DNA of 63,925 nt, filler included, from Folioceros fuciformis (Eukaryota), in assembly GCA_049999805.1 (NCBI GenBank). It is 8 parts of 8 records of this genome, joined end to end, with 100 filler letters (N's around TTAATTAATTAA, not from the genome) between each part and the next. Parts side by side here need not be neighbours in the genome. Positions count along the whole stretch, not along the records: positions 1 to 5,889 come from JBNGIO010005420.1; positions 5,990 to 17,596 come from JBNGIO010005421.1; 6 more parts are not named here. One strand, given 5' to 3'. Each line of letters opens with the position of its first letter. Position 1 is the first letter of the stretch. Made by a program: the position numbers and the translations under genes. The notes under the pieces were generated by a model, which was given only the letters and a program-made list of their open reading frames with translations, did no database searches and was not told the origin of the DNA. Shown piece after piece: positions 1 through 11,581 of the stretch.

Positions 1-644
1 ACGTAGGGACGTCGCGACGTGAAGCAATTCGAGAATGAGTGTGAGAACATGCGCCATGACAGGGTTGCTCGGGCGTGACAGCGCCAATCCGGTGACCTGC
101 CACCACCGGAAACAAAGGGGCTATCACTGCCAATCAGGCGTCAGCATGCACCTGCGTCTGCAAGACATCCCGCTCTCGGGTCAGCCAGATTTCGGCGTCC
201 TTTCTCGGGACATCGAAATGCGAGACTGCGACGCTGCGAACTCGTTATGTTACTCTTGATAATAGGTTAAATGAAACTCCTACTTATGTATTTCGACTCG
301 GTGCAAGTAATGCAGCTAAAAAAAGACCAAGATCGATTTGAGGATATGGTAGCTTCAGCCTACCGACAGTTAAACTGCCTTTGTACTTATGATGGAATGT
401 GAGGCTCAAAGAATTATGCTAGGGCACTTTTCACTAGAGGACCCTAAATCTAATATATATCTTAAAATAATATATATATTCCTTAATTGGTTAGTGTTCA
501 TTAGTTATTACAACTACTTAGATAGTTATAATAACTTATCATTGTAACTACTCAATCTTTTAAAGACTCTTGAACGTAATGTAATTTCCACGAGATAAAA
601 CATGTGTGTCATGTTTCCATCTCTCACTCTTGAGACCCATTAGG

Positions 645-1196
645 TCATAGCAAGAACTCGTCAAGGTTCATCAAGAAGTGCATAAAGGTGTCATACCAAT
701 GGGGTTCAACCTCTTTGCTCAATGGTGGCCTTCTTTCAACAATGCTTTTCTTTGAGGTGGTCTCTTCCGACATTCTTTCCTCGGTGGTGAACGGGTCTAT
801 CCACAGAAATGGGGTTTTCTCTAAATCCAAACAATCCTAGTATGCTCCTTAGCTTTGAGCTTTTGAAATGGTTGGAAACAAGTTCTATATGCACATTGCA
901 TTCGCTGATAAACTAAAAAGGTTTGAGGCTTCTCCCATCACTTCTTTCATGCTAAACTGCTCGTGAGTTAACCCAACGAAACCCCTTCTCGTTGTGAAAG
1001 CCGTTGCCCATGTCTTAGAACTTGAATTTGCAAGCAACAATCGTAAACGATAGCTACCACTTACAACTTCCTTACACTTTATGCACCAACCATTTGGGGC
1101 AATCAGCATGAAACAAGTATCACACTCTCTATACACATGTGAGCTTGCATCATAATCCTCAGCAACCACGCATAATGGTATATAACTAAGTTGCAT
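645..1196 (-). pseudogene. Degenerate RPA70 C-terminal-like (Zn-ribbon OB fold) fragment, probably transposon (Helitron-type) cargo
   Basis: ORF 885-1196 reads YRECDTCFMLIAPNGWCIKCKEVVSGSYRLRLLLANSSSKTWATAF, matching the Rep_fac-A_C pattern YxxCxxC..CxxC...YRLxLxxxDxxGxxWxTxF. Flanking frames are broken. Confidence 0.55.
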
Positions 1197-1590
1197 GGGT
1201 TCTTCTTCTTCTAACTAAGTAAGCACCACTTAGAGATCAATCCTCATTATGCATTAGGAAGCTTGCTTTCAATGTGCATTGCTATGTTGTCCTCTCAAAA
1301 CAGAGGTACATGAACTTGTTCAAAATTGCTTGCCAACAATGATATATGCTCAACCTTGGTAGCATTGGCAGCATACGTTGATGCTTATCATATTTACGAA
1401 ACATTCATTTATGATTAATGGCAAGGAATGGAGGGATCATGCATTGTAGAGTGCTAGCTTGTGTAAGTTGTAAACGAAACCTGACAAGTTAAGCTGCAAT
1501 CATGGTTTTCGTGACCTTTAACCCAAACCTTGACAGATTATGGCAAACAATTGGTTCAATGGTGCAACCAAAGAATTCACCTTAAAACTT

Positions 1591-1620
1591 AAACCCTAAG
1601 CTCTAAGCCCTAAACCCTAA
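1591..1620 (+). repeat. Short interstitial telomere-like (AAACCCTAA) cluster / telo-boxes
   Basis: aaaccctaag ctctaagccc taaaccctaa. Confidence 0.5.
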
Positions 1621-2588
1621 ATTGGTTGAATGGTGCAACTAAAGACCTCATCATCGTGAATGCAATACAATAAGCCGATGTGAAGAATGTTAAGTTGCCT
1701 CGTAAGATTTCGTGTCTGAAATTAATAGTGCCTAACACTATGGGTAGTATTATTATGGTAAATAAAAAAAATAAAAAAAGTCTAGTAATATACTCATATC
1801 TAAGAGACATGCACCACATAAATAAAGATCATGCATTTTCAATATATTTTCATGCTCCTGGAAGCTTCAAGCAGAATAACTATTTATATAAGTTTCAATG
1901 CTGACTAAAATCACCTGCAGTTGTACATGTACTATCTCAGCCAGTTGACTTGTACCACATAAAATCTGCAAATTGAAATCTAAAAATATGAAAAAAGAAC
2001 GCCAAACGAACGTTCTTGCAAAGTCTCTTTCCGAGAGAGAAGACAAGCACGAAGGGCCTGAGATGAGATGCGCACAGTACTGCCCAGCGTCTAATCTCAG
2101 AAGCAAGCAGGTACATCACACCACACCTACCGCATACGGGCCTGAGCAGATGCAATGAATATGGCAGTGTGAGTCCAGGTGCAGTCCCCGTGTTTGCAGC
2201 TCGCAAAGAGCATGATTTGTGGGATAACAAATAGATAAAAAATGGCTCTCCGGATCAGTGTGGATGCGCCACACAACGTGTGCCAACGGGGATCCCAAGC
2301 CCGGAAATCAGTTTGTAATCCCGCTGCATCACAGCAAAGATAATTCCAGCCTCGGCAGGGACCGAGGGAAGCTGCCGGGTAGCCTACCTTGCACTTTCCG
2401 ATGTCTAGGAATGTGGAGCACTGTATTGGCGTCCCTCTCCTCGGAGTACTTAAAGCTGGCCTTCCGGAATTGCTATATCACTGAAATCTGCACCCAGCAG
2501 CAGCAGCTTGCGCAGCGACAGCGACCCGGGAGTGGAAGCAGTGATCTGTTCCGTCATCTGCAGTGCATTCGTTTCTCCTGCTGCTGGT

Positions 2589-3956
2589 ATGGGGCACGAA
2601 AGAATTTTGGTGGTGGGCGCTACGGGCTACATCGGCAAGCACATTGCCAAGGCTAGCGCCAAGCTCGGCCACCCCACGTTCGTGCTCATCAGGCCCAGCA
2701 CGGAGACGGACCCCAGCAAGGCTGACTTGCTTCACTCGTTCAAGGAGGCCGGGATCACTTTTCTGCATGTATGTGGCGGTGCTGAGCTTTTTGGTTCCCG
2801 GCGGGCGGGAGGTTGTGGTGGTAGGTTGGGTGATTTCCTCACGTGCTGGGTGCGGGTGCAGGGAGATTTGAACGACCACAAGAGCTTGGTTGAGGCTTTG
2901 GGGAAGGTGGATGTTGTCATATCGGCTGTGGGCGGGGGGCAGCTGAAGGATCAAGTCAAGCTTATTGAGGCCATTAAGCACGTGGGCCACATCAAGGTAC
3001 GTGCACGTGAGCTGCCTCAGGCTGGCGTGAATGGGTCCTCCTCGTCTGTGTCGAGTTTCTTCTGCCGGTGTGTGGTGTATGGGCTCACCGCGGGCAATGT
3101 GGCTGGAGCAGAGGTTCGTTCCCTCCGAGTTCGGAAATGATGCCCGGAAGTCGTACATTCTGCCTCCGGTCGAGTTTCTCTTCACGGGTAAGACCCACAT
3201 TCAGGACGAGGTGAAGGCTGCAGGCATCCCCTACACCTTGGTGTCCAGCAACAGCTTCGCAGGCTACTTCGTGGCAGGGCTGGGGCAGGAGGGTCTGCAC
3301 TCCCCTCCCAAAGACAAGGCTGTCATATATGGTCACGCTAAAGGTGCGGTGCTAGCAACCCTTCCCTTCCCTGGACAACCATGACCGTCCTCCGGAGACG
3401 TTCCGGGCTGACAATGCAATTTATGGTGACCGAATTGGTACGTGCTTGTTGCCAGCATACTTCGTGGACGAGGACGACATCGGGACATACACAGTGAAAG
3501 CTTCAGTGGACCCCCGAGCTGAAAACAAGACGCTCTACATCAGACCCGCACACAACGCGTACAGCCACAAGGAGCTTGTGGAGTTGTGGGAGAAGAAATC
3601 AGGCCACCATCTCCTCAAGATTCAACTCGAGGATGATGATGTGCTCAAGCTGGTTGAAGGTAACCTTGCCTGCTGCTCTCCATCCCTTCTAAGTTGTGCT
3701 GTCAAAGCTCGTCATTCATAGACTTCAATTATGGAGCTAACCTATGGCTGTGCTGCACATGGCATATTCATGTGCATGTGCATGTGCAGAAACCCCTCTT
3801 CCCAACAACATTCTGCTTGCCATAATATACAGCATCCTCGTCAAGGGAGATCAGACCAACTTCGAGGTTCCACCTCATGAAGTGGAGGCAACACACCTGT
3901 ACCCGGAGGTGCATTACCGCACAGTCGACCAATATTTGGACCAGTTCCTCCACTGA
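2589..3956 (+). CDS. Isoflavone reductase-like / phenylcoumaran benzylic ether reductase-like protein (PIP family, NmrA-type SDR), 305 aa, 5 exons
   Basis: Exons 2589-2768, 2862-2996, 3112-3343, 3456-3659, 3790-3956 (918 nt), all GT-AG and in phase. Motifs: ILVVGATGYIGKHI (NADPH binding), GHPTFVLIR, VDVVISAVGG, KRFVPSEFGND, conserved Lys in FTGKTHI, EDDIGTYTVKASVDPRAENKTLYIRP, EATHLYPEVHYRTVDQYL. Confidence 0.95.
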
Positions 3957-5498
3957 GACACAAGCCTGATGAGCAGAGGCGTGGAAACTCCGTTCCAGTG
4001 AGCGGACGAAGCTTTTTCACAACAGAACAGATCTGATCTAGGCTTGCTGGTAGTCATGGATTGTACAGTTGAAACTTTCGTAAGTCCTGTCCTCGGTAAA
4101 CTCGTTTGTCCATAAATATCATTTCCTTTCCGCGTTGCCCCTTCAAAAACCCTGTGTCCAAAATTTGTGTCTTCTCGTCCGTTCTGCTGATCCGGATTAG
4201 CTAGCTTCTGGTAAGATTGATGCCGCTTCTAGCTTCTGGAAAGGAAAGCAATTGTCAACGTGCGATGTCTGAAGCGAAGGCTAGCAAACTTTCTGCCCAT
4301 CGTGTGTAGTCGCAACAAGGCTGGATACTCGTAATGATATGTAGAACTTTTTTTATTTTATAACATGAAGTATATACATACCATTGCATCTGGTGTTCCC
4401 GAAGACAATGTAATACAAATGCATGTGGGCAGAGAAAATGGGTCGTGACCCGACTCGACAAGGTGGAGACTGGTACAGGATGAAAACATTCGTTTGAGCC
4501 GAGTAGTCATGCGCCGGCAAGGGCACCAAGCGATGCTGCACGCCGTCCCAGGGCCCCATAGCTCGCATTCTCGTTCCGTCTCAGATCACTGCCGCTGCGA
4601 ATGAAACGTTGAGGAGTGCGCCCCTCCGGCTGCTGTCGATCGCCAAGAGCGGGAGGACGCGGTCCACCAACCGCGACCGCGGTTCACTTTAACTCACCAA
4701 ACGATGATTTAATGTTTTCATGCCCCATGTTTTCATGTTTCCATGCTACACCTCCTATAATTTGTAGTCTTGGGTACTTTTCACACAAAACTAAGTATAT
4801 CACTCGGACAATTCGGGTTTTTCATTAATCAAAGTGTAGTAGTTGATATCATGACAATGTTTAACTTAACACATTCTCTTCTAGAACAAGGTCAAGTTTC
4901 TTTTTCCAACCACACACACTCCTCATTTATATCATTGTTTCCTATCATCATCTATACATGTGAGTTGGGCATGTTTAGACAAGTAGCTGGTCCTGGCTGT
5001 TTTTGTAAGTGATCCCAATCCATGTCAAGTTTACCTCTACCCATTATCAACATACATTAGTATAGCAAATCTAAAGGTTATTGACTTCAAGGGCCCATGC
5101 CCAGCATCCTCTATACTCCTCTAATAAGAACTCCTGATTTATCCTATTACCTGCACAAAAGTCTTATTACTCAACAAATGAAGTTGAACACAATCCAAAT
5201 GAAAGGCTTCCATTTAGGTTATGTTAACTTGTATGTCCTCCATCCATTCCTTGTCTTAGCAGCCACTTCTCCTATCATCATAACAAGAGTAGTTATTTTT
5301 CTCCCCATTTCTTGGGTAGTTGGAATCTCCATCTCTTTTAATAAGATAATGGATAAATAAGAAAAGAAAGATTGCTAAGACTTGGTGACTGCCGGCACGT
5401 CCGGTCCCCACAGGCTTGCAAGTCACCTGACTGCCTTCCTCACTAGCCACTGATTTTGGATCATCTCACTGCCCGGTGAGCTTGCCTGCTGACGGGCT

Positions 5499-5889
5499 AT
5501 GGCTTCCAAGATTGTGATGAGCAGGGCCAAGCGGGGACTCTACGCCGGGAGGCACATCCGCTTCGGCAACAAGGTTAGCGAGGACGGCGGAAACAAGTAA
5601 TTACGAGTGTCTTGTGCCGTGCAGTTTCATCATGAGGCTGGCCAGTGCGAGATGGCGCTGCTCACCCTCTGATATGCGCAGGTCGAGGCGGACCTGGAAA
5701 CCTAACGTGCAGAAGAAGCGGCTCTTCAGCTTGGTGCTGGATCGGCATATCAGGGTGGACGTGACAATGCACGCGCTACGGTGCATTGATCGGAAAGGAG
5801 GGATCGACGAGTACCTGATGAGCATCCCGGAGAAGAAGCTGGACACAGAACGGGCGGTGTTCTGGAGACGCCTCATAGCTGCGGGCTAC
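5499..5889 (+). CDS. MRPL28: Mitochondrial ribosomal protein bL28m (3' end lost at the spacer)
   Basis: Exon 5499-5596 MASKIVMSRAKRGLYAGRHIRFGNKVSEDGGNK, GT-AG intron 5597-5681, exon from 5682 SRRTWKPNVQKKRLFS...VTMHALRCIDRKGGIDEYL. These are hallmark plant mitochondrial L28 motifs. Confidence 0.92.
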
Positions 5890-5989
5890 NNNNNNNNNNN
5901 NNNNNNNNNNNNNNNNNNNNNNNNNNNNNNNNNTTAATTAATTAANNNNNNNNNNNNNNNNNNNNNNNNNNNNNNNNNNNNNNNNNNNN
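5890..5989. other. Artificial scaffold/contig spacer (N44-TTAATTAATTAA-N44)
   Basis: 100-nt block with a stop-codon linker. Identical blocks at 17597-17696, 32435-32534, 41596-41695, 53357-53456, 58233-58332 and 59643-59742. Confidence 0.97.
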
Positions 5990-8084
5990 TTTATGTACTA
6001 CTCCAAGCTCATCATAAACAAATATTATAAGATTATTCAATATGCCCTACATGTTGAATTGAATGCAATGAAGTTAGACGCTCAAACTTATTAAGCCAAG
6101 CCTATAAGTTCATTAGAACTTGCATCAGCACTATAGAAGAAATTACGTTCTTGCTAGTGTGCAATTAATAAACCCACAAGAACATAACATTGAATGATAA
6201 GGATTTTTTCCTTCTTCAAGAGCACCACTGTTTTGTGGAACGGAAAAGTTTGGTAATCGGTCTAAGAAAGTCTAACTTGGTTTCGTTTTGTTTAAAACAG
6301 TTCGAAGGGAGGCACATGGAAGGTGGGTTTCTAGGCAAGTGCCCATGGTAGGTAGTGAGTAGCTGGTGAAGGTTTTTATGGATTTTTTTAGTTCTATTCT
6401 GGTAGGTTAGGATAAGAAGATACTTACATAGTAGGATATCTACCTACATACGTAGAGAGAGTACCTACGTGGGGAAAATGGAAGATACCTACATAGGTAG
6501 GGAAGGTACTTATACGGTAGACACCCCACCTATGGCAATGGGGTAGGCAACCTACCTACGACAATGGGTGGGAATGGTAGCGAACCTACCTACGAAAGGA
6601 GCAACAGGGAACCTACCTATTGGGGGGGACATCCTCACCTCCGTAAGCAAAGAGCCTCAAGTTGAGAAACAAGTGGATCCTTTCCTTACCAAACCTGTAG
6701 GTGGTGGTGAAGGGATATTCCAAGAGATCCACACAGAGGAAGGTACGGTGGAAGTTCGTGGATCCAAGAGAAGACGAATCCCAATCATGGAGGGGGCCCA
6801 GTAGTTCAACCTTCATACTCTACCTCCATTCAGGAGCAGTCCTAGCCACACCTTTTTGGAGAGAGGGTCAACGAATCTTCTATGGCAGCGCCAACAGTCA
6901 TAATCTTTAATGGCGCGCATTGCCCTAGCAATTATTGGTAGGTCTTAGCCTCTTGGTAGGTGTGCGCAGTTAAAGTTGGTGGCGCCTAGTGTGAGAGAAG
7001 GGCACCCCACCACCTACATGTAGGAGAGGGTTCATGTGTCGATCTCTCCTATAAGGCGGGGCTACACAGAGAAATGAACCACCACATTCTGCACTCTTCT
7101 CATGGCGAATTCTCATGCTCAGCAGAGCGTAGGAATCTCGTTGCCGGCTGTGTGCCATCACAGTGCCTGGTTGTGGCTAGAGTTACAGTGGTCAAAGTGC
7201 TTGGCGGAGGGCTCATATTCTTCCATAGGCACCAGCAAGTTGCTTCCTTTGTGAATAGTTGTTGTGCTGCTATAGGTGTGGCAATACCTGTGTGATTGTT
7301 GGCTTGAGGGTAGACTCCAAGGAAAGACTCCCTGGAAATTCTCACTAACAAGCACAAGCACGCAACAACTGACCCAAGGAAAAACTTGTTGGTTGTTGGT
7401 CGTTGGATGTCGGGAGTCGAGAAGCAAGATTGTTGGGTTGAGGAAGGTGTCATAGTGAGCCTTGTGAGGAAAGGGTATTGAGTGTAAGCAGGTAGAAATC
7501 GGTAGGGGGGAGTACCAAGGTCCTTCTAAATGAGGGAATGGTGCCCTCCCACTATCTAGACGTGTTGCAGGATTGGTAGGTACGTGATTGGGAGTGTTGA
7601 CTATTGTAGAGGAACAATAGACGTAGCTGACCAAGCTCAGAGGGGAGTGATTCCGGGGAAGCCTACAACGACCGTGGGATTGATGTGGCCACAATACATG
7701 TGAGCGGGTGCCTGGTAGGGGTACCAAACCCACTTGCCCACATTGTCCAACAGCACTTTACGTTGTAAGTCTATGCTCCAATTCTGTCTATGCTCTTGGA
7801 GCATAGACCCCCAATTCTTCCCAAGTTTATAGTCACAATGGCAAGCTTCCAAGATGTGTCTTTGAATTCGTTGTGGTCTAAGCACAAATATTTGTAGCAG
7901 AACTTGGGGCTCAAGATATGGACACAAAGCAAGCTGTTAACAAGTTGTTTGGAGCCCCTCATGCAAGTAGCCTCTCGCTTTGTCCCAAAATAGGTGTACC
8001 ACTCAAGGGTTTCTATGTGTATCTAGAACATTAGACTAGGACCAAGAATGAAGGTACTTGCAGTACCTGAGCTTGCAACATGCA

Positions 8085-8510
8085 GGACAAGGGTGGCTAG
8101 GGTGTGTGAAGGACAATGATGAGCTACTTAGCTGATAACGACACCCTCTGACTAATGAGCTCATTTATTTAGAACAATATGTAGGATGATCATTTATTTA
8201 GGACAATATGTAGGACGCTCATTTATTTAGGATAATATTTAGGATGCTCATTTATTTAGGACAATATGTAGGACGCTCATTTATTTAAGACGATGTGTAG
8301 GACACCAATGTGTGGGAAAATGAAGAGCTACGTAGTTGATGAAGACACGCTTTGACTGATAAGCTCATTTATTTAGGACGATGTGTAGGACGAGGGTGGC
8401 TAGGGTGTGTGTAGGACGATGATGAGATACTCAATTGATGATGAAGACATGCTCTGATTGATGAGCTCATTTATTTAGGACGACGTGTAGGATGAGGGTA
8501 GCTAGGAACA
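8085..8510 (+). repeat. Compound minisatellite (29-bp CTCATTTATTTAGGAC..GTAGGAC units within longer ~100-bp units)
   Basis: TCATTTATTTAG recurs at 8161, 8190, 8219, 8248, 8277 (29-bp period) and again at ~8365 and ~8467. Confidence 0.85.
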
Positions 8511-9062
8511 AGACTTCCTACGAAGGGTCGGAATAGACAAATACCCTTTCCGAACCCTTTTGTCCACTATTTTTTTGGATGGATAGCCCCGTTCGTATGG
8601 TTTTACGTAGCAAGAAAATATTCAAACCATTGTTTGAAATAGTTTATGGTGAATTCTGTTATTTCCTCTTGGCCAAGGTGTATAGGACAATATTAAAGCC
8701 TTTGCATTAAACTTAACATCCAGAAAGCAGCAAATAGACAAAAACTAAAATAGACAAAAACTAATGTGGACATTGTGACTCTATAGGGCAAGGGCCCGAT
8801 ATGCTATCTGCGACTACATCAAAGCCTGGGAACCGCTGAATGCCGTTGTCCTCAAAAACATTTGTCTTCCATGGTGTCGCCAAATGTGGTGTGACCCTGG
8901 CATGTAGTCTCGGAGGTGAGTTGTACGAGTGCTTCTTTTTCTTTTGCTCGACATCGTTGCTTCTGCTAACACCACCCGTCTCCTCCTTCAACCTACTAAG
9001 TCCCAAAGGCACAAAATCTGAGCGATAGAAACATCTTTTTTCGATTGGCTCAATTCTTTGGC

Positions 9063-10547
9063 CTAGAATTGTGAAGTCCCCCGACGATGCGGCTCGTGTG
9101 TCAGCTTCTCATCCGCATCTAGCAAAACTTCATATCCATGAATGCGTTACAGGATGAACTCAGCGCACCGCTTGTCTACATCAATGGCAATCAAGTTGCG
9201 CCCACATAATAATGCTGCCAATATTGTGGACCCATTACCTGAACAAGCATCAACAATCCAATCGCCCTCCCTCGAGAACGTTCTGATGAGCTTTATCATA
9301 AGACCAAAGTGAACGTTGGGAAGGACTTACAACCAGTTTGTCAAGAGCAGTATAAAGAAATTTCTTCACAACAGTGCCGTAGGATATGACGGCACGACCA
9401 TTGTTGAAGGATCCTTACAATATAATGGGTGGCATATTGACTTTCGTCTTTGTGCTGCTTGACGCCACGCCCGAACCGATTATTGTATACTCCACTGTAT
9501 CAAAACGCATGTTGGTCTTATCCCAAATGAAGAAAACAAGGCCTCTAGCTGTGCACCACTTTCTCATGGAGTCCAACAATACTTGCATATCCTCCACACC
9601 ATGCATAACAATGAATCGTATGTCTTCTGACGTCGTCATATCATTGAAAGCTTAGTATATAGTGGACAGATGTGTGTGTTCCATATGATTGTTACATGGT
9701 CCTTTCTAAAACCTTCTAGGAATATCCATAATCAATGTCATATATAGTCGCGGATGTAGAAAACCCCGCATACCCAGCACATCCCTGGCCACCACTTGAT
9801 AGTGCACACCATCTTCGGTGTGCCGGACCATGAACGTTTGCAACCCAGCCTCCACATCCTTGTCCGCCAAATCACGACGCTCGTTCTCGAGTTCTTTCCA
9901 CGTATGGACCTCCAAGATGAAAGCTTGGAAAGCTTCATGTAAATTTTTGAGGTCTTCTACATCCTTCACTTGCTATACATAGGGAAAAAATCCTAGTTAG
10001 TAAAGTGTGCAACTGACGAGCAACTTCAAGAAGTTTGCATGCCTACCTTTCCCTCAAATGCTGTTTGGAACCATGTGACAACTTCATGCCTACCTTTCCC
10101 TAAAATGCCGTTTAGAACCATGCGATAATGCGACAACTTTGTCTATTGAGTGCACTGGGTATTCTCAACGCACCTCTTCAAACGAATCACAAGCAAGATG
10201 CTTAGCCATGGTGACTTGGATAACATGAAGCTTCTTCCTCAAAGTGATCTCTTTGGCCATGCCATTCAGGTCAATTAGGCCACTCTGTCGGAGAGAAATA
10301 AGCATTTGCTGCCTAGACTTTTGAGGAGGAATCCCTTGGAAACTAGGCCATGGCTTACCCTGCATTTCACATGGTATTTTTATACACCCCATCTAAAGGA
10401 GGAGTAGATGCCACCTTACACTTGCCTTTGCCTTTTCTTTTCTTGCTCATCCCTGCTGCCACATGTTTAGCTTGCTCTAAGAGTTCTAAGGCCTCCCACT
10501 TTGAAATATCTTATTCACACTTTCCCATACTCTCCCCTCCAACTTTG
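9063..10547 (-). pseudogene. Decayed, intron-containing beta-class N4-cytosine/N6-adenine DNA methyltransferase-like gene with an N-terminal helical region
   Basis: One minus frame from 9972 reads ...YQVVARDVLGMRGFLHPRLYMTLIMDIPRRF*...FFIWDKTNMRFDTVEYTIIG...VVSPSQRS. After a frameshift at ~9308 it reads GLMIKLIRTFSREGDWIVDACSGNGSTILAALLCGRNLIAIDVDKRCAEFI. Motif IV-like DIP lies N-terminal to motif I (9225-9251). Putative intron 9973-10046. Confidence 0.8.
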
Positions 10548-10739
10548 CTATACATAATATATGTGTCCTATTGTCAACCTTATGCTACGTATATAGCTCA
10601 TCTTGTTACACACACCCTAAGAGTGTGTGTAGGACAATGATAAGCTATAGTGCCTTTCTACACTGCCTTATAGATCCTCTAACATAAGACTTATAGATAG
10701 AAGTAACCTTCACAAGGCTAGATACTTGAGCAAATAGTT

Positions 10740-10957
10740 TTCTCAACACACTCAACTCTCAAGCATTAGGCTGCAAGTAGCCTGCTATCCACTAACCTTG
10801 TACAAGGAAGTCAAGAAGTCTCAACACACTCNNNNNNNNNNCACTAACCTTGTACAAGGAAGTCAAGAAGTCTCAACACACTCAACCCTCACAATACAAC
10901 ATTAGGCTACAAGTAGCCCACTATCCACTAACCTTGTACAAGGAAGTCAAGAAGTCT
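10740..10957 (+). repeat. ~85-bp tandem repeat (CCACTAACCTTGTACAAGGAAGTCAAGAAGTCT core), interrupted by a 10-N gap
   Basis: Core at ~10789, 10842 and 10925. Confidence 0.7.
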
Positions 10958-11581
10958 GGTGATCAACACCCCCACAAGGCTACTTTGTCAAGCTTCCTCT
11001 CCAAGCTCTCCACTCAAGGTTGACATACAACTCAAACTCCTACAGTGTCTCTCCAAAAACCTCTTTTGCTTTAGCTTTTATCTCCCCCAACCTATCCTCA
11101 ACTTTACTAGGCTCTTTGCGGCCTTGTCCATGAAATATCATGCATCGCATGCATCATCAAGTGGGCAGCATGAAACATGCAGCAAAAGTACCATCAACCG
11201 GGCTGCATGTTTCATGCAGCTCATGTATCTTCAGCAAGGGAGCACGAAGGGTGCAACACATCTTCAATCTAGTCAGCACAAAGCATGCAACACAAGCAGG
11301 ACAACTCTAAGTTAACTTCCATCGTTTCCGACTTTCAGCCTTATAGTTACAGCTGTGCCAGTCTTTTAAGTCTCTGACAAGCTTTAACGAATCTTTAGTA
11401 AATCTCAATAAGGTCACACTGCATGAAATTGTAATCCTTGGAATCGCATGTGTTGCTGGCGCGTTTGGTATGTACAGGCCGAAGGCCTTACAGCCACGCA
11501 GACTGGTTACTGGACCTGTGGAACCGTCCGGTCCAGAACGGACCGTGCACGAGCCTCAGGTGGTCGGTCCGAAGCCGAGGC

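Noticed and set aside
2478-3200. 240-aa antisense ORF over the reductase gene (also antisense ORFs over the BTB, DUF793 and PP2C genes)
   Set aside because: Shadow frames of GC3-rich coding DNA with no motifs of their own.
5934-5945. Palindromic TTAATTAATTAA recurring seven times
   Set aside because: Always centred in a 100-nt N block, so it is an assembly linker, not biology.
8160-8300. 29-bp periodic repeat resembling a repeat-spacer array
   Set aside because: The intervening parts are variants of each other, not unique spacers.
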